Origin: Octopus bimaculoides
Lineage: Eukaryota
Length of the DNA stretch: 64,000 nucleotides
Assembly (NCBI RefSeq): GCF_001194135.2
Contig: NC_068986.1
Coordinates: 2,755,062 to 2,819,061, forward strand
Reading direction: 5' to 3'
Shown: positions 1 to 13,184 of the stretch, piece by piece
How the letters are laid out: the number at the start of each line of letters is the position of its first letter
Numbering within the stretch: position 1 is the stretch's first letter
Program-made: the position numbers and the translations under genes
The notes under the pieces: model-generated
What the model was told of the DNA's origin: nothing
Seen by the model: only the letters and a program-made list of their open reading frames with translations
The model's database searches: none

Positions 1-379
1 AAGAATGTGATATTCAAGATATTATGGTATAAGGGAACTGAAATGGTTTCAACTGAAGATTGAAACCATATTGTCTTACTTAATAGTTTTTCATTTATTG
101 GTTTCAAATTTTGGTGCAAGAAACAAACATCACCATTGTACAAGTGGTGATGTTTGTTTCTTGTCTTCTGTGGGTGAAAAATTACCTTGCTTGGAAACAG
201 GTGAGGGTGACAAGAAGGGCATCTGGGCATAGAACATCTACAAATTCCATATGACCCATGCAAGCATGGAAAAGTGGGTGTCAAAGATGATGTTGAACAA
301 CAACAAATCACTTTTGAAATATAACATCTTTTGATAAAACTTTAAAGTTAACATCTTGGATATTTATATTGTTTTACAG

Positions 380-468
380 ATTCTGACATGGAAGGTGAAA
401 ACAGCCAGAGTTCACAACATGATACTGTAAATGCTGAACGCCCATGGAGTGCTGAAGAATTGAAAGAA
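380..468 (+). CDS. Internal exon A of an uncharacterised gene (5' part lies outside the window)
   Basis: Acceptor ttttacag|a at 379/380, donor gaa|gttggt at 468/469; open frame DSDMEGENSQSSQHDTVNAERPWSAEELKE; ends in phase 0, matching exon B. Confidence 0.7.
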
Positions 469-609
469 GTTGGTTTGGTTTTTAATGTTTATTTCCATTA
501 AAAAAGATTTTATTTTTGCATCTCATTTGGAATCTATTTCTGTTCCATATTTTCAATCATTGCTCAATAAGCACAATTTTTTGTCTTCTGATATTGGTGA
601 ATTAATAAT

Positions 610-815
610 CCTAGATTTAAATTTTGGCACAAGGCCAACAATTTTTGGGGGAGAGGCTCAGTCGATTACATTGACCCTAGTGCTCAACTGGTACTTATTT
701 TATTGACTCTGGAAATATGAAAGGCTCAGTTGACCACGGCAGAATTTGAACTCTGAACATGAAGATAGATGAAATGCTGCTAAGCATTTTGCTCAGCATG
801 CTAATGATTTTTCCA
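610..815 (+). repeat. SINE-like family A copy (CpG-decayed)
   Basis: ttttggcacaaggcc...caactggtacttatttt...aatttgaactc consensus shared by about 20 copies in the window. Confidence 0.8.
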
Positions 816-1256
816 GCTCACTGCTTCAATGATAAAAGGGTAAAGACCCCCTTTGGTCATGAAGGGCATCCAGCCGTAAAAACCCTGCCAAAACAGACAA
901 AGAAGTGTGGTGCAGTCTTCTGCCTGGCCAGCTCCTGTCAAACCATCCAACTCATGCCAGCATGGAAGGAGGACGTTAAATGATGATACATATATGTGCC
1001 TGTGTGTGTGTGTGTTTGTTACCCCCATGCACCACTTGATGAGTGTTGGTTTGTTTATGTCCCCTTAACTTAGCAGTTTGGTAAAAGAAACTGATAGAAT
1101 AAGCACCATATTTATCTTGCCCATGATGCTGCACACTGGGACTGAACCTGAAACCACTTCGTTGCAAAGTGAGCTTCTTAACCACACAGCCATGCCTGCA
1201 CTTGTATTTTATTTACTATATTCTAGAATTTATTTTTCTTTCTCTCTCTCTTTCAG

Positions 1257-1517
1257 TTTTCAAATGCTGTAATATCTCGGCGCAGATATATTGGAAACCG
1301 GTTCAAACCAAACATTTCCTTACCTGTATTCAGTGGCTATTTACAGAACATGCTAGAAACTGGGAAAGCTCAGTTTGTGTGGTCAAAGTTAGTTGAACAA
1401 TGTGCATATCATATTTTAGCGCAAAAAGACATTCGTGAAAAACACGACTATCGGGAATTTTGCCATGCTTTATATCAACAGTATCCCAGTATTGGATTAG
1501 AAGGTCCCCAACCATGG
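1257..1517 (+). CDS. Exon B of the uncharacterised gene (helical domain)
   Basis: Pyrimidine tract + ttcag| acceptor, tgg|gtaagt donor; 261 nt open: FSNAVISRRRYIGNRFKPNISLPVFSGYLQNMLETGKAQFVWSKLVEQCAYHILAQKDIREKHDYREFCHALYQQYPSIGLEGPQPW. Confidence 0.85.
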
Positions 1518-2345
1518 GTAAGTGTAGTTTGGTTGTTAACCTCATATCATCTATTTTCTGATGCCAGTGCCGGTGGCATGTAAAAAGCACCATTTGAGTG
1601 TTGGGCCTCATGGAGGCAGTGACATGTGGCCAAGACCTTTGGTGATATACTGTGCTTGTGTAGAGTTGTTAAGCCAAGTGAGACTGTAGTTGTGGCCAAT
1701 GCTGGTGTCAGGTCAGTGGCATGTAAAAAGCACCCACTACACTCTCAGAGTGGTTGGCATTATGAAGGGCATCCAGCTGTAGAAACCTTACGAAATCAGA
1801 TCAGAATCTGGTGCAGCTCTCTGGCATACCAGTTTTCAGTCAAACCGTCTAACCCATGCTAGCATGGAAAGTAGACATTAAATGATGATGATGATGCTCT
1901 TATTTTTTTCCTTTTGTTTTTCTTGCTTGAATTGCAGTTTTTTTTTGCGTCATGATAGTTAACTGCTCAACACCTTTCTGCTTTCCCTCTTCTTAAATAA
2001 AACACACACACACACACACACACATCTGGTTAAGTGATCATCCTGTCTTTATTAAAGTATATCTTTATGTAAATATACTGGGTGACAGTTTTTATGTCTC
2101 CTTTTTCAAGGACACCTTGATGTATTGGTGCGAGTGCCTGAGTTCCTTATCAGGCAGGCAGTGCATGAAGACATTCAGTATTCCTCATACAAGATGAGAA
2201 AGGGCCAATTTTTATCCCAATCAATGCATTTGACTAAAATTCCTCAAGGCAATGCTTCAGTCTAAATGACTGAAACAAGTAAAAAAACAAAAGAAATTTC
2301 GTTTTGATGATTTAAAACTAAAATAATTTCATGTTTCTTTTCCAG

Positions 2346-2591
2346 TCTCATTTCTCCAAAACATTATCTCAGAAAATTCGACACATTCGATGGCAGTTGA
2401 AAAAACGTTCAACATTAGATGTACAGAAAAACACAGTCTCTGGGATGAATGACCCTGTGCGACCACCAAGTCCCACAATTCCTGGATTAAATATCCCAAC
2501 AAACACATTGATTGGAACCAATAACACAGTAGTCAACACAGCCACTACGTTAACTGAGAGTTCTGACATTCCAGTATCATCTCTGCAAGTG
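2346..2591 (+). CDS. Exon C of the uncharacterised gene
   Basis: ttccag| acceptor; SHFSKTLSQKIRHIRWQLKKR followed by a Pro/Thr/Asn-rich low-complexity tail; donor gtg|gtatga (alternatively reads through to TGA at 2595-2597). Confidence 0.8.
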
Positions 2592-3959
2592 GTATGATGA
2601 GTTTTTTTTTTTATCATTTTCCTCTTTGGATTGATAATCTGCTGATTAACTGCTAAGATTTAAATTTATATGCTATTAGATATTATGAGTACCCATTTGA
2701 GATGGAAAAGTGAAAAATTGAAAGATATAAAGAGCTAATAATATGTGTAAAATAAGATAAATTTATGTGCCATGGTAAGAGTTTTATGTAGAAAAAATAT
2801 TAGCAAACTTTAATCTCTTCTGAAAGGAGAGAAAAAATGTTTTAGCAATAATCANNNNNNNNNNNNNNNNNNNNNNNNNNNNNNNNNNNNNNNNNNNNNN
2901 NNNNNNNNNNNNNNNNNNNNNNNNNNNNNNNNNNNNNNNNNNNNNNNNNNNNNNNNNNNNNNNNNNNNNNNNNNNNNNNNNNNNNNNNNNNNNNNNNNNN
3001 NNNNNNNNNNNNNNNNNNNNNNNNNNNNNNNNNNNNNNNNNNNNNNNNNNNNNNNNNNNNNNNNNNNNNNNNNNNNNNNNNNNNNNNNNNNNNNNNNNNN
3101 NNNNNNNNNNNNNNNNNNNNNNNNNNNNNNNNNNNNNNNNNNNNNNNNNNNNNNNNNNNNNNNNNNNNNNNNNNNNNNNNNNNNNNNNNNNNNNNNNNNN
3201 NNNNNNNNNNNNNNNNNNNNNNNNNNNNNNNNNNNNNNNNNNNNNNNNNNNNNNNNNNNNNNNNNNNNNNNNNNNNNNNNNNNNNNNNNNNNNNNNNNNN
3301 NNNNNNNNNNNNNNNNNNNNNNNNNNNNNNNNNNNNNNNNNNNNNNNNNNNNNNNNNNNNNNNNNNNNNNNNNNNNNNNNNNNNNNNNNNNNNNNNNNNN
3401 NTTTATAGAATTAAAATTTCAAACACAGATGTTTAAGAACACTGAAAACAAAAAGTTGAATTTCAATCTGTATTTCTGCAGTGTATTAAAGATTGATTTA
3501 TCTACAAAGGATTTTTAATTATACTGAAAAATCTTACAAAGACAATGTAATTTTTTTTTTTTTTTACATTGAAAATAGCCAAATCAGATTTAATATATTT
3601 TAATATTTTGGCAAACGTCCTTTCCAGTGCAGTTAGATAATTAAAGATAATCTTTGACTTGAAATTAACTGCAATACATTTTTCTTAAGCAAAAAAATAA
3701 AACTAAAAAAAAAAAACTATAAAAATGTCATGAAGCAAAAAAAAATGGACATTCAACCACTAATGATGATCTGATGCTTTTGAAACAATTTTTTGTATTA
3801 TAAATGAAACAAAATATTCCAGATAAAGTAAATTATACTTCACTTAAATTGATATATTTGTTCATTGAAAGTATTTTTAATTTATTCAAAACACATGTTG
3901 GGAAAAATATTCATATAAAAAAAAAAAGGGAAAGGTATTTTATGATTGTCAACAATTAT

Positions 3960-4200
3960 TTTCTGCTGGTTGTCTTTGACATTGTCAAATTTGTTACTGG
4001 ACATGTTTGATACTGCCAAATCTGTCACTAGTTATCATGGTCACTGGATATCTTTGACATAGTCAAAATCTGCCAGTGATAATCATTGACACTAGATCTT
4101 TTCAATCTTTAACACTAACAAATCTTTCTCTGGACATCTTTGACAATGTCAGATCTATTGTCATACCTGTAACTGGATACCTTCAACACTGTTATAGTGG
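3960..4200 (+). repeat. Degenerate minisatellite (ctggatatctttgaca.tgtca-like unit); more units at about 4745-4810
   Basis: Recurring variants of ctggatatctttga/gacatctttgacaatgtcagatct. Confidence 0.5.
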
Positions 4201-5042
4201 CTGCCGTTGGCCGTTTAAGTACGTGTTATTAAATGGAAAAGCAGTTAGTGTGAATCATCGTAAGACATTTTTGTGTATAAATATATTGTTTATTCTGTGT
4301 TCACCTTTTGTGGCGAAAGCATGTAGTATGATACAAAAACGTGTGTTTACATACAAGGAAAGTTTTGTTTTTTGCTTTTGCACTGAAAGAAGTAACACAT
4401 AATATTTGTATTACAGTATATATGCATGTGTGTAATGAGAACAGTCATTTTGAGAATGTGTGTGATAAAATATCTTTGTTTATGAACCATATATCTCGTG
4501 TTGAGGTGAATAGACATGTGAGTCGCATGTGGGAGATTGCGCATGGAGCTGCAGAGAAGATGTGTCTTTGACTGAAACCTGGCAGGAACTGAGAGTTCCT
4601 ACAGTGTAGCTCAGAATGAGGTTAGTGTCTCAGATCAAGGCTACTTTATCAAAGTGAGGTTAGACGCCTCATTGATATATTCATCTGCTGTGCAGGTCAC
4701 CTCACATATTACTATGTAATATGTAGCTCTGCTACACTGTTATATCTGTCGCTGGATATCTTTGATACTGCCATACCTTTCACTGGATATCTTTGATAAT
4801 GTCAAATATTTCTATAAAGAGTTAAAGGTGCATTTACTGATGTCCATACTAGCACTAAATATTCTGCTAAACTGGTTTGACTTCTTCTGGAAACTGTTTC
4901 AGTAGATGTTGAACACCACTTCTGTTTTGAGTGAGTAGACTTATGATTAAAGACACTCTATCCATGACCATCATGTTTTTTTTCTCCAACATAGTGTCTA
5001 AGATCACAGTATTCAATATGTTCATTTTTTTTTTTGCTTTAG

Positions 5043-5111
5043 GTGCCAGAGTGTGATTTGGATGCTATTTCTACTGGTCACACAAATTCATCTGATGCGA
5101 GTGCCGCCTGA
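5043..5111 (+). CDS. Probable terminal coding exon D of the uncharacterised gene
   Basis: Strong T-tract acceptor tttttgctttag|; phase-0 frame VPECDLDAISTGHTNSSDASAA* with TGA at 5109-5111 lying inside a repeat. Confidence 0.5.
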   Translation: MPECDLDAISTGHTNSSDASAA

Positions 5112-8100
5112 CTGGCACCTGTGCTGGTGGCACGTAAAAAGCACCATTCGAACATAGTCGATGCTTGTGCCACCTGACTGGTCCCCGTAAAAAGCATCCA
5201 CTACACTCTTGGAGTGGTTGGCGTTAAGAAGGGCATCCAGCTATAGAAACCATGCCTGATCAGATTGGAGCTTGGTACAACCTCCTGGCTTGCCAGTTCT
5301 CAGTCAAACCGTTCAACCAATGCCAGCATGGAAAGTGGACGTTAAACGATGTTGATGATGGAGAAGTTAAACACAAGGCACTGATAAATACATTATAAAA
5401 TTTCTATATGTAGGCTATTAGCCCTTGCTCTTTTTCTCACTATGTTGACACAGAAATATTTTTTTGTTTTTACTAATTTCAGTGATTGGACTGTGGTGAT
5501 GCTGGGGCACTACCTTTAAAGAGTTTTAGTCAATCTTTAGTACTTGTTAAAGTACTTATTCCAACATTCTTGTAATATGTGAAAATGGAAATTAGCATCA
5601 AGGGAGATAACTCAGGCTATTCTTCAGGGTGCCTTCCACCTCAATTCTGATATATCAAATTTTTGACATAGCTGGTGTAGCAGTAAGAGTTGTAGTAGTG
5701 CTATCAGGACACACGGTGTGTCTTGAGCATTGTTTTAGACCTGGTGGAGTCCATCTCTCTCCAGCTCTGACCATAAATGATTTTTTTTTTCCAGGGGAGA
5801 GAGACAAGGAGAATAGTTGACTGCAGTACAGGATGAAAGGCAAGGGTTGACTTCAGCTGTATTAAAACTCAAGAGTATAAAGAGCTTGGACATATACTGC
5901 AAGATGATTTATCCAACACAACTTGGCCAATTTGCTTGGGTATTCCTGTTTCAACTTACCGTTTTTTTATTCTAACAAATGGCAAGATGCTATGCTGGAA
6001 AGTGGATGTAAAAATGATGATATATTTATTATACGATGGTCTTTGCACAGATTCCTGCAAACAAATTTCTCTCACAAGGCATTGGTCAAACTGAGGCCAC
6101 TTGCACAAAGTACCATACAGTGAAATCGAACTTTGAACTGAACTTAAACCACACAACCATGCCTGTGTTTACACAACTAAACACATTAAAAAAAAAACAA
6201 CTTATTTAAGAAACAGAAAACGATTCAAACTCAAATAGTTATGTATTGAATTCAATTTATTTAAAGAAGAAATTGATGAAATTACAAACATATTAAACAA
6301 GTATTTTATTAATTAATGCAATTCTGTTATCATGGGTGAAGATTAATGTATAGCTGCTTATCCTTTCTCTGTGTTATTGTGGTGTATTTGTATTACTGCT
6401 AATTGCGAGCTATTTTCACAGAAATATTCACTCAACAAGAACAAAGAGAAGGATTAGAAGGAATAAAAAAAGATCGAGTTTTGATTTATTTTTTTCTTTT
6501 CTAGGACTGCAAAAAAACAAAACAAAAAAAAAGAAACAAGTATCATATACACCTAAATATAAGGTGAGATTTATTTGTACCTTCAGCAAAGAAAAAAGGT
6601 CCTGATATCCGAGTCCTTACAAAGACTTTCAAACGATTGACAAAAAAACTTTATAATCATCTTATGCTTGTGCATATTTGATGAACTTGATTATTTTCTA
6701 TTTAAAAGTTAGAAAAGAAAGTATTTGGATAAAGCTGTTAAATTGAACAGACTTGAAATCCATAAACTATTTTAAAACCAGTCCCCTTCAGTCCATAACC
6801 TGTAAGCTGCCCTTTTTTCACACCAGTATCAGTTGTAACTTTTCAATAATACTCGACAAAGAAAACTTTTTAAATAATTAATTAGTGATTAATTTTAAAC
6901 AGAATAATTTCTCTTTTTTATCCTTTCCAATTTAAAACATTCAACTAGACTATTATTATTATTATTATTATATGTATATTGTCCTTGTCAATTACAAAAG
7001 TTGTTTTTCCTTCTGTAGCACCAGACTATTTTCAAAACCTGCTAACACTTTATAATAAAGCACAGATTTGACCTACACTAAAGTATAGTCTATATATTTG
7101 AGACAGCAGCTGGTTCAAACATAATCTCATATATATTTTAGACTGCGTCACAGAATGATGTCTGCCTTATAAGCAAGCATTTTCAAACACATGAATGTTG
7201 TTGAGCTGTATCATCTGAAACTCTCAACTTCACAGCTATCACAAAGGCCTTTATTCGTTTAAACTTGCTGTCAGTATCAATATTCCACCTAAATCCATTT
7301 TATGTATCAGTTTCTTCCATCTTTCCATCTCCCAACTGAAATTCATTTTCTTGCCATTTATCAAAATCGTTTCCCTTCCCAACAACTTAACTGCAACAAT
7401 TCAAATTGAACTGCCAAATTCTTCTCCCTTTGCTTACAAGGAGGGTCTGTGAAAAAAAAATTATAGGCATTGCTTTCTTCCTCAAATTAACTAATTGAAA
7501 AAAAAAACAAAAAAAAACAAACAATAACTTAAAAGAGTTTGATGAATATACATGTGGTATGTCTAGAGATTTTAAAAATTATAAAAAAAAGTTCATTAGA
7601 GTTGATTATTAAATTACAAACATATATATATATATATATATATATGTCTATTAGTAGTCAATGCTCTTGTATATGATATTTTTTAAGTCCTGGGATACCG
7701 GGTTACTTGTTTCTGTTGTCTTCTCCAGGTAGAAATGAAAGCCAAGGTATTTATGGGAAGAACAAATAGGAATTGTAATGTTTAGAACATTAAAGGCATG
7801 AGTTAAAGTGAACATAGCTTCAACAAGTTGTCAAAACTCAGTGGTAGACTTGCTACTTTGAGAGACATGTAACCATTAAATGGTATTCTCTAAACATTTG
7901 TTGAGATACAAAAACATCTAAGAAAAAATCTACTTAAGTAACCTAATATTCAATATGAATTCTAAAGTGTTAGAGGTGTCATTCCTTTTTATTTACTGAT
8001 ATTTCGAACCAGTTAATCACAAGTATATGTACTGCTTACATGAGGTGTCTCAATAATTCAGGTATTGAAAAACAAACAATAAATAGAAAATGTAAATATT

Positions 8101-8553
8101 TCTTTTAATTTCGAATTTTTAGAAAATTTATGGACATTATTTACTGGTATTACTAAATTAGAAAGAATATTTAACTTAAGAATGTTAATATTATTCATTT
8201 ATAAAAATAAATATTTCATCATAAGATATTTTTCTTAACTTGTTTAGAAAAGATAGTTATTGATAAATAGCAGAAATAAGAGAAAAAATGAGATCTTTCT
8301 GATATGAAATTATTCATTGATTTTTTTTAAAGAATTTAATACCTGTAAACTAGTATATTAAAAAAAAAATTAAAAAAAAAAAACAATGTAAAAATAAAAA
8401 CAAATTTTTTGTAGGGGAGGGGGAAAGTATCAAATCAAGATAAAACATGTCAAAAAATATTGCAAAATAAAGATTATTTCTCAAGAGACAAGAGATGCTG
8501 AGCTTTTGAGATTTTTAAACAACAATTTGAAAGAAAAGAAGGGGGGAAAAAAA

Positions 8554-8964
8554 TCATGTTCTGGTTCTGTGTGGGACGGGAATAAAAGATGGCTCTGAAA
8601 TAGTCAGAGCATTTTTGGGTGTGTAGATTCCAACTTTAGCTGGAAATCTTTGACCAGAAATATCAATTTCATATTTGGCATTTTTGTCCAGAATAAATTC
8701 ATTAAGATTTTTCATGATGCATGGTTGATATCTGTCATCGAATTTTGAAACATAACCAAGGCATAGCATCTGCTCTAAAGTAAAACCATAACCGCTTGAT
8801 GTTGTTTCTCCTACATACTCACCGTTTCTATAGATTGGTTCACCACCCCATGGCCAAAGATCTGTATCGATGTTATGATCTTCCAACAAGAAATGCACCA
8901 GTTTCTGTTTAACACCTTCTTCACGTTGTTGCAATAAAGCGTCTTTTCCAATGAAGTCTCTTTT
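8554..8964 (-). CDS. PDPR: PDPR exon 17 (last coding exon, GCV-T C-terminal-like domain)
   Basis: atttacag| acceptor; KRDFIGKDALLQQREEGVKQKLVHFLLEDHNIDTDLWPWGGEPIYRNGEYVGETTSSGYGFTLE...HRTRT*, TGA at 8554-8556. Confidence 0.94.
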   Translation of the reverse strand, partial: KRDFIGKDALLQQREEGVKQKLVHFLLEDHNIDTDLWPWGGEPIYRNGEYVGETTSSGYGFTLEQMLCLGYVSKFDDRYQPCIMKNLNEFILDKNAKYEIDISGQRFPAKVGIYTPKNALTISEPSFIPVPHRTRT

Positions 8965-10142
8965 CTGTAAATGAAAAAGTAACAAAAGGATGGAGGACGA
9001 ATCAGAACTATAAAAAAATATCTATTTAATTTTAAGTGGTGTAGAAATTTCAATGAAATAAAGATTTACTAATAGTTCATTGAAAAATAATAAAGATAAC
9101 AGTATCAATAACAGCAATTATAATTAAGAAAACTTGTTACAATATTTCACTTAAAAATGGGCGATTTTTTTTCAAGTAGGTGGAGGAGTCTGGTCATTGA
9201 GGCTGACTCCAAAGAAAATCTTTGCTTTATACTTTAACTATAAAGTCACAGACAGACCCCAGCATCCAGTCCCCTCTCTGCTCCTTGGTGCTGGCTGGGC
9301 TCATGTCACCTCCACTTGTCTCTCAGACTCCCATCACCACAGTTATGTTGAATACCCCAGGCCTTATACTGACCATGTCATCCAATCCTTTCTTCCTAGA
9401 ACATCAGAGATGGTGCTGATTTACAAAAGTTCAAGAGGGACATTAATGGTATCAGTCTCACTGCTCTGGGAGGGTCTGGAAGCTATGGGTCCTGCCCCTT
9501 CCTTCACACCCAGCAAGTTTATTGTAATTTCTCCTGCATTTGCTTTGTACATCATAGCTAGTAATGGTACTAAGTATTTCTTAAATGACATGCTTCTTCT
9601 TTTCTTTATATTTGTTGAGACTGGAACAGGAAGGAACAGTGCCTATGGTCTTCACAGACCCCCCCCCCCAGGTCACTGAGATTGATGCCATTATTGTTCC
9701 TCTTGGACCCTTGGTAATCCAATACCAGCAGGAATGACTAATAAGTAGGGAGGGAATTCTTGAGGGCTTATGTTCTTGGAAGGAAGTCAAAAGATAAACT
9801 ATGCATGAAAAGGTGAGATGGTCATGACTGGAATACCATTGATCATAGGTCTGCTCAGTCAGGGCTGACCTGGAGTTTAATAACAGCAACAACAACAACA
9901 ACAAGAAAAACAGGACTTGTTAATCATATACTGGCCATATTGTTTATAGCAGTGAAGTGTACTTCTTTAGTGAACCCATTTGTAACTTAGTGGACTTTAC
10001 CAGTGAAAATTAAATATCTTCACCATGGGCCCAATATAATATTGGTGATGAGATATAAACATTAACCCATTTGCTAGTGAGATCAACACATTATTAGCTT
10101 CACCAGCTGTAATTCAATGACTTCATACGATGTTGTTTAATA

Positions 10143-10530
10143 GGCGCAGGAGTGGCTGTGCGGTAAGTAGCTTGCTTACCAACCACATGGTTCCGGGTTC
10201 AGTCCTACTGCATGGCACCTTGGGCAAGTGTCTTCTACTATAGCCTCGGGCCGACCAAAGCCTTATGAGTGGATTTGGTAGACGGAAACTGAAAGAAGCC
10301 CGTCGTTTATATGTATATATATATATATGCTTGTGTGTCTGTGTTTGTCGCCCCCAACTTCGCTTGACAACCGATGCTGGTGTGTTTACGTCCCCGTAAT
10401 TTAGCAGTTCAGCAAAAAGAGAAGGATAGAATAAGTACTAGGCTTACAAAGAATAAGTCCTGGGATCGATTTTCTCGACTAAAGGCGGTGCTCCAGCATG
10501 GCCACAGTCAAATGACTGAAACAAGTAAAA
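10143..10530 (+). mobile_element. tRNA-derived SINE (cephalopod type)
   Basis: A-box-like ggctgtgcgg and B-box-like ggttcagtcc head, central ccttgggcaagtg motif, 3' tail ending in gagtaaaa repeats; related heads at about 11650, 16725, 41268, 47350 (-), 63590 (-). Confidence 0.8.
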
Positions 10531-10576
10531 GAGTAAAAGAGTAATGTGAATGATGCTTGTTTTCTCGTAAACTTAC

Positions 10577-10756
10577 ATTAAACTTGACACGGAATTCTCG
10601 ACCGCATTCAAAAGGAGTTGTAATGGGAGTCAAATCAACACCCCAACTTGCAAAGAATTTCTCCACTCTCAATTCTTTCATACAATTGAAGCCAACATTA
10701 CGAATTCCATAGTCAACACCTGCACGCATTAACGTGTCATAGACATGGAGGGCATA
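10577..10756 (-). CDS. PDPR: PDPR exon 16
   Basis: ttttcag| ... aat|gtaagt; YALHVYDTLMRAGVDYGIRNVGFNCMKELRVEKFFASWGVDLTPITTPFECGREFRVKFN; 180 nt. Confidence 0.94.
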
Positions 10757-11329
10757 CTGAAAAGATATACAAAAGAAAAACAGAAACAATTAAAAATCAT
10801 TAGCAAACTACATTCATTGTACTGCAATTAGCAACAGAAGTGGCCTTTGTAATGAATACTAGTTAGCAAATCCAGCCTAAATTGGATGTGCTGTTTACAA
10901 TACCTTAAACTACTGTCATGTAATATGGACCACCAATGTGTGTGTGCGTGTGCATGCGTGCTGCTTATTATATCAAAAGCTAACCATCTGCTCTGAGTTT
11001 ATATACTACATATTTTATATGTGCACATGTGCACACACACACACACACATGCGTGTTTGTACTGTTCACATAACAAAGGATTTATGGCTCTAAATTTTGG
11101 CCTGAAAAGTCCGACTTGTATGCCAGAAAATATGGTATATTAGAGAAATTTAATAATAATAACAATCATCTCTACAATAGGTACATGGCCTGAAATTTGA
11201 GGGGAGAGGGCTAGTCGATTACATCAACCCCAGTGCTCAACTGGTATTGGTTAATTAACTACTATTAGTTAATTTATATGTGAGAAATTCTTTCTCTTTT
11301 TTACATTTGTTTGAACAAGAAATTCTTAC

Positions 11330-11419
11330 CTCAGCAGGGATGTATAAAATAAATCCATCTTCTCCTACATGAGTGAGACGCATTGCTCGAATTCCACTTG
11401 CATATCCAACATCAACAAC
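11330..11419 (-). CDS. PDPR: PDPR exon 15
   Basis: ctttaaag| ... gag|gtaaga; VVDVGYASGIRAMRLTHVGEDGFILYIPAE; 90 nt. Confidence 0.94.
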
Positions 11420-12015
11420 CTTTAAAGTAAAACAAAGATAATATGTAGAGATACAGGGTTGGCACCAGAAAGGGGGTTAGGTCATAAAACACTACTACAA
11501 AAAGATAATCCTCTCCAACCTATGCCAGCATGATAGCATGGACGTAAAGAAGTGATGATGATGATGATGATGATGATTACATACATGCCTACATACATCG
11601 CTGCCATTGTCATCATCATCATCTTAATGTCTGCTTTTCCATGTGGTTAGGTTGCTGCACTCACAATCACTAGATTGTGGGTTCAATTCTCTGACTGGGC
11701 AGCATGTTGTCTTCTTGAGCAACACACTTCATTTCATGTTGCTTCAGTCCCACTTTCGACCAGCGAGGAATGTTAGTCTGCTTGCCTAACCAGCAGGGTG
11801 GCATCATTTGAAGGCTAAAACAATGCGAAGGTGCATTGTGACTAGTGATGTATAACAATATCTGATAGCCTGGTCAGTCACATGATCACATGATATATAT
11901 ATATGTATATAATTGTGTGTGCGTGCATGTGTATGTGTGTGTATACATATAATATGTATAGGTATATATATATATATATACGCACTTCAAAACCATATAT
12001 ATTTGAGATATTTAC

Positions 12016-12223
12016 CTTACAAGTCATGAATTTGAAGTCTGATTTTGTTGTGGAGGCTTCTGTAACTTCAGCAAGAAGTTCTTGTGCATGTGGACCAATC
12101 AGAGTGATTGCAGAATACATGGATGTCACATCTCGAATTTGGATAGAGCCATCTTTTGGGAGGTGCCGTAATAACCATGCCAAACTTTTCGTTTGCTGAG
12201 TAGTTGGGGAGATCAGGAAGTAA
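12016..12223 (-). CDS. PDPR: PDPR exon 14
   Basis: ctcttcag| ... aag|gtaaat; YYFLISPTTQQTKSLAWLLRHLPKDGSIQIRDVTSMYSAITLIGPHAQELLAEVTEASTTKSDFKFMTCK; 208 nt. Confidence 0.94.
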
Positions 12224-12284
12224 CTGAAGAGAAATCAGAGAAACAAAATTAGTTAAATGAAAATAATAATAATAATCCTTTCTA

Positions 12285-12600
12285 CTATAGGCACAAGGCC
12301 TGAAATTTGTGGGACGGGGGGATAGTTGATTACATCGACTCCAGTGTTCAACTGGTACTTATTTCATTGACCCAAAAGGATGAAAGGCAAAGTTGATATC
12401 AGCGGAATTTGAACTTAGAACGTAAAAATAGATGAAATGCCACTAAGCATTTTGTCCGGCGTGCTAACAATTCTGCCAGCTCACCAACTAAACCATAATT
12501 GTTGTTGTTAGGCATTTTTTCTAGCTAAACATTCTGAGTTCAAATTCTGCTGAAGCTAACTTTGCCTTTCATCCTTTCGGAGTCAATAAAAAAAGTAGCA
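12285..12600. repeat. Two family A copies in opposite orientation (12285-12490 +, 12530-12600 -) in a PDPR intron
   Basis: gaaaggcaaagttgat...gaatttgaactt on + and tctgagttcaaattc...ctttgcctttcatcc on -. Confidence 0.75.
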
Positions 12601-13035
12601 GTGATGCTGTTGTATTCCACACCACTTTTATTTTGTTGTGTCTGATGCTCTTTGCATATTTCACATGTGTGTTGTGTATCTGTTGAGTCATCATGTTGCG
12701 GTGGTTGTGTACAAAACAGCATCATTAGTATGGTGTTCTATTGTCAATATGATACACTATGTCCGAGTAATGAAAGACCGAATGGTCAAGGTCATGATGG
12801 AATGCCTTTGGTCACAGGCCAGCCTGAACACAACTGACCTGGTGGTGGTGGTGGTGGAGAAGAAGAAGAAAAAAGAACTGAGAGAAGAATTGGTAGCAGG
12901 AGGAGGAGAGGAAGAATTGGAGGGGGAGAAGAAGAAATAATAGTAGTAGTAGTAGTTTACAGAAAATCTTTGATAATGATGGTAGCACAATCTTTAGATT
13001 TTCAGTTGTCATAAAAATTAAATAATAATTCTTAC

Positions 13036-13184
13036 TAATTTTCACTCAACCGTGCCACACTGCAGTCATTCTCGTAGCCTCCAAACTCATTTTGCATGCC
13101 TGTATTTACAACAGCACCAACATCCAGATCAACATCATTTGAACACAGATACTGTAAAAAGTTAGCAGCTTCTTGGTTGGCAGA
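13036..13184 (-). CDS. PDPR: PDPR exon 13
   Basis: ctttcag| ... ta|gtaaga; SANQEAANFLQYLCSNDVDLDVGAVVNTGMQNEFGGYENDCSVARLSEN; 149 nt. Confidence 0.94.

Noticed and set aside
6422-6506. Possible extra exon EIFTQQEQREGLEGIKKDR for the left-hand gene
   Set aside because: Needs a weak donor (g|gtcaca) in exon D; no supporting homology
9197-9904. Overlapping ORFs in the last PDPR intron
   Set aside because: No recognisable motif; likely decayed repeat sequence
10143-10215. tRNA-like sequences (also about 41275 and 63720-63785)
   Set aside because: Only A/B-box heads without a complete cloverleaf, continuing into SINE bodies; SINE heads, not tRNA genes
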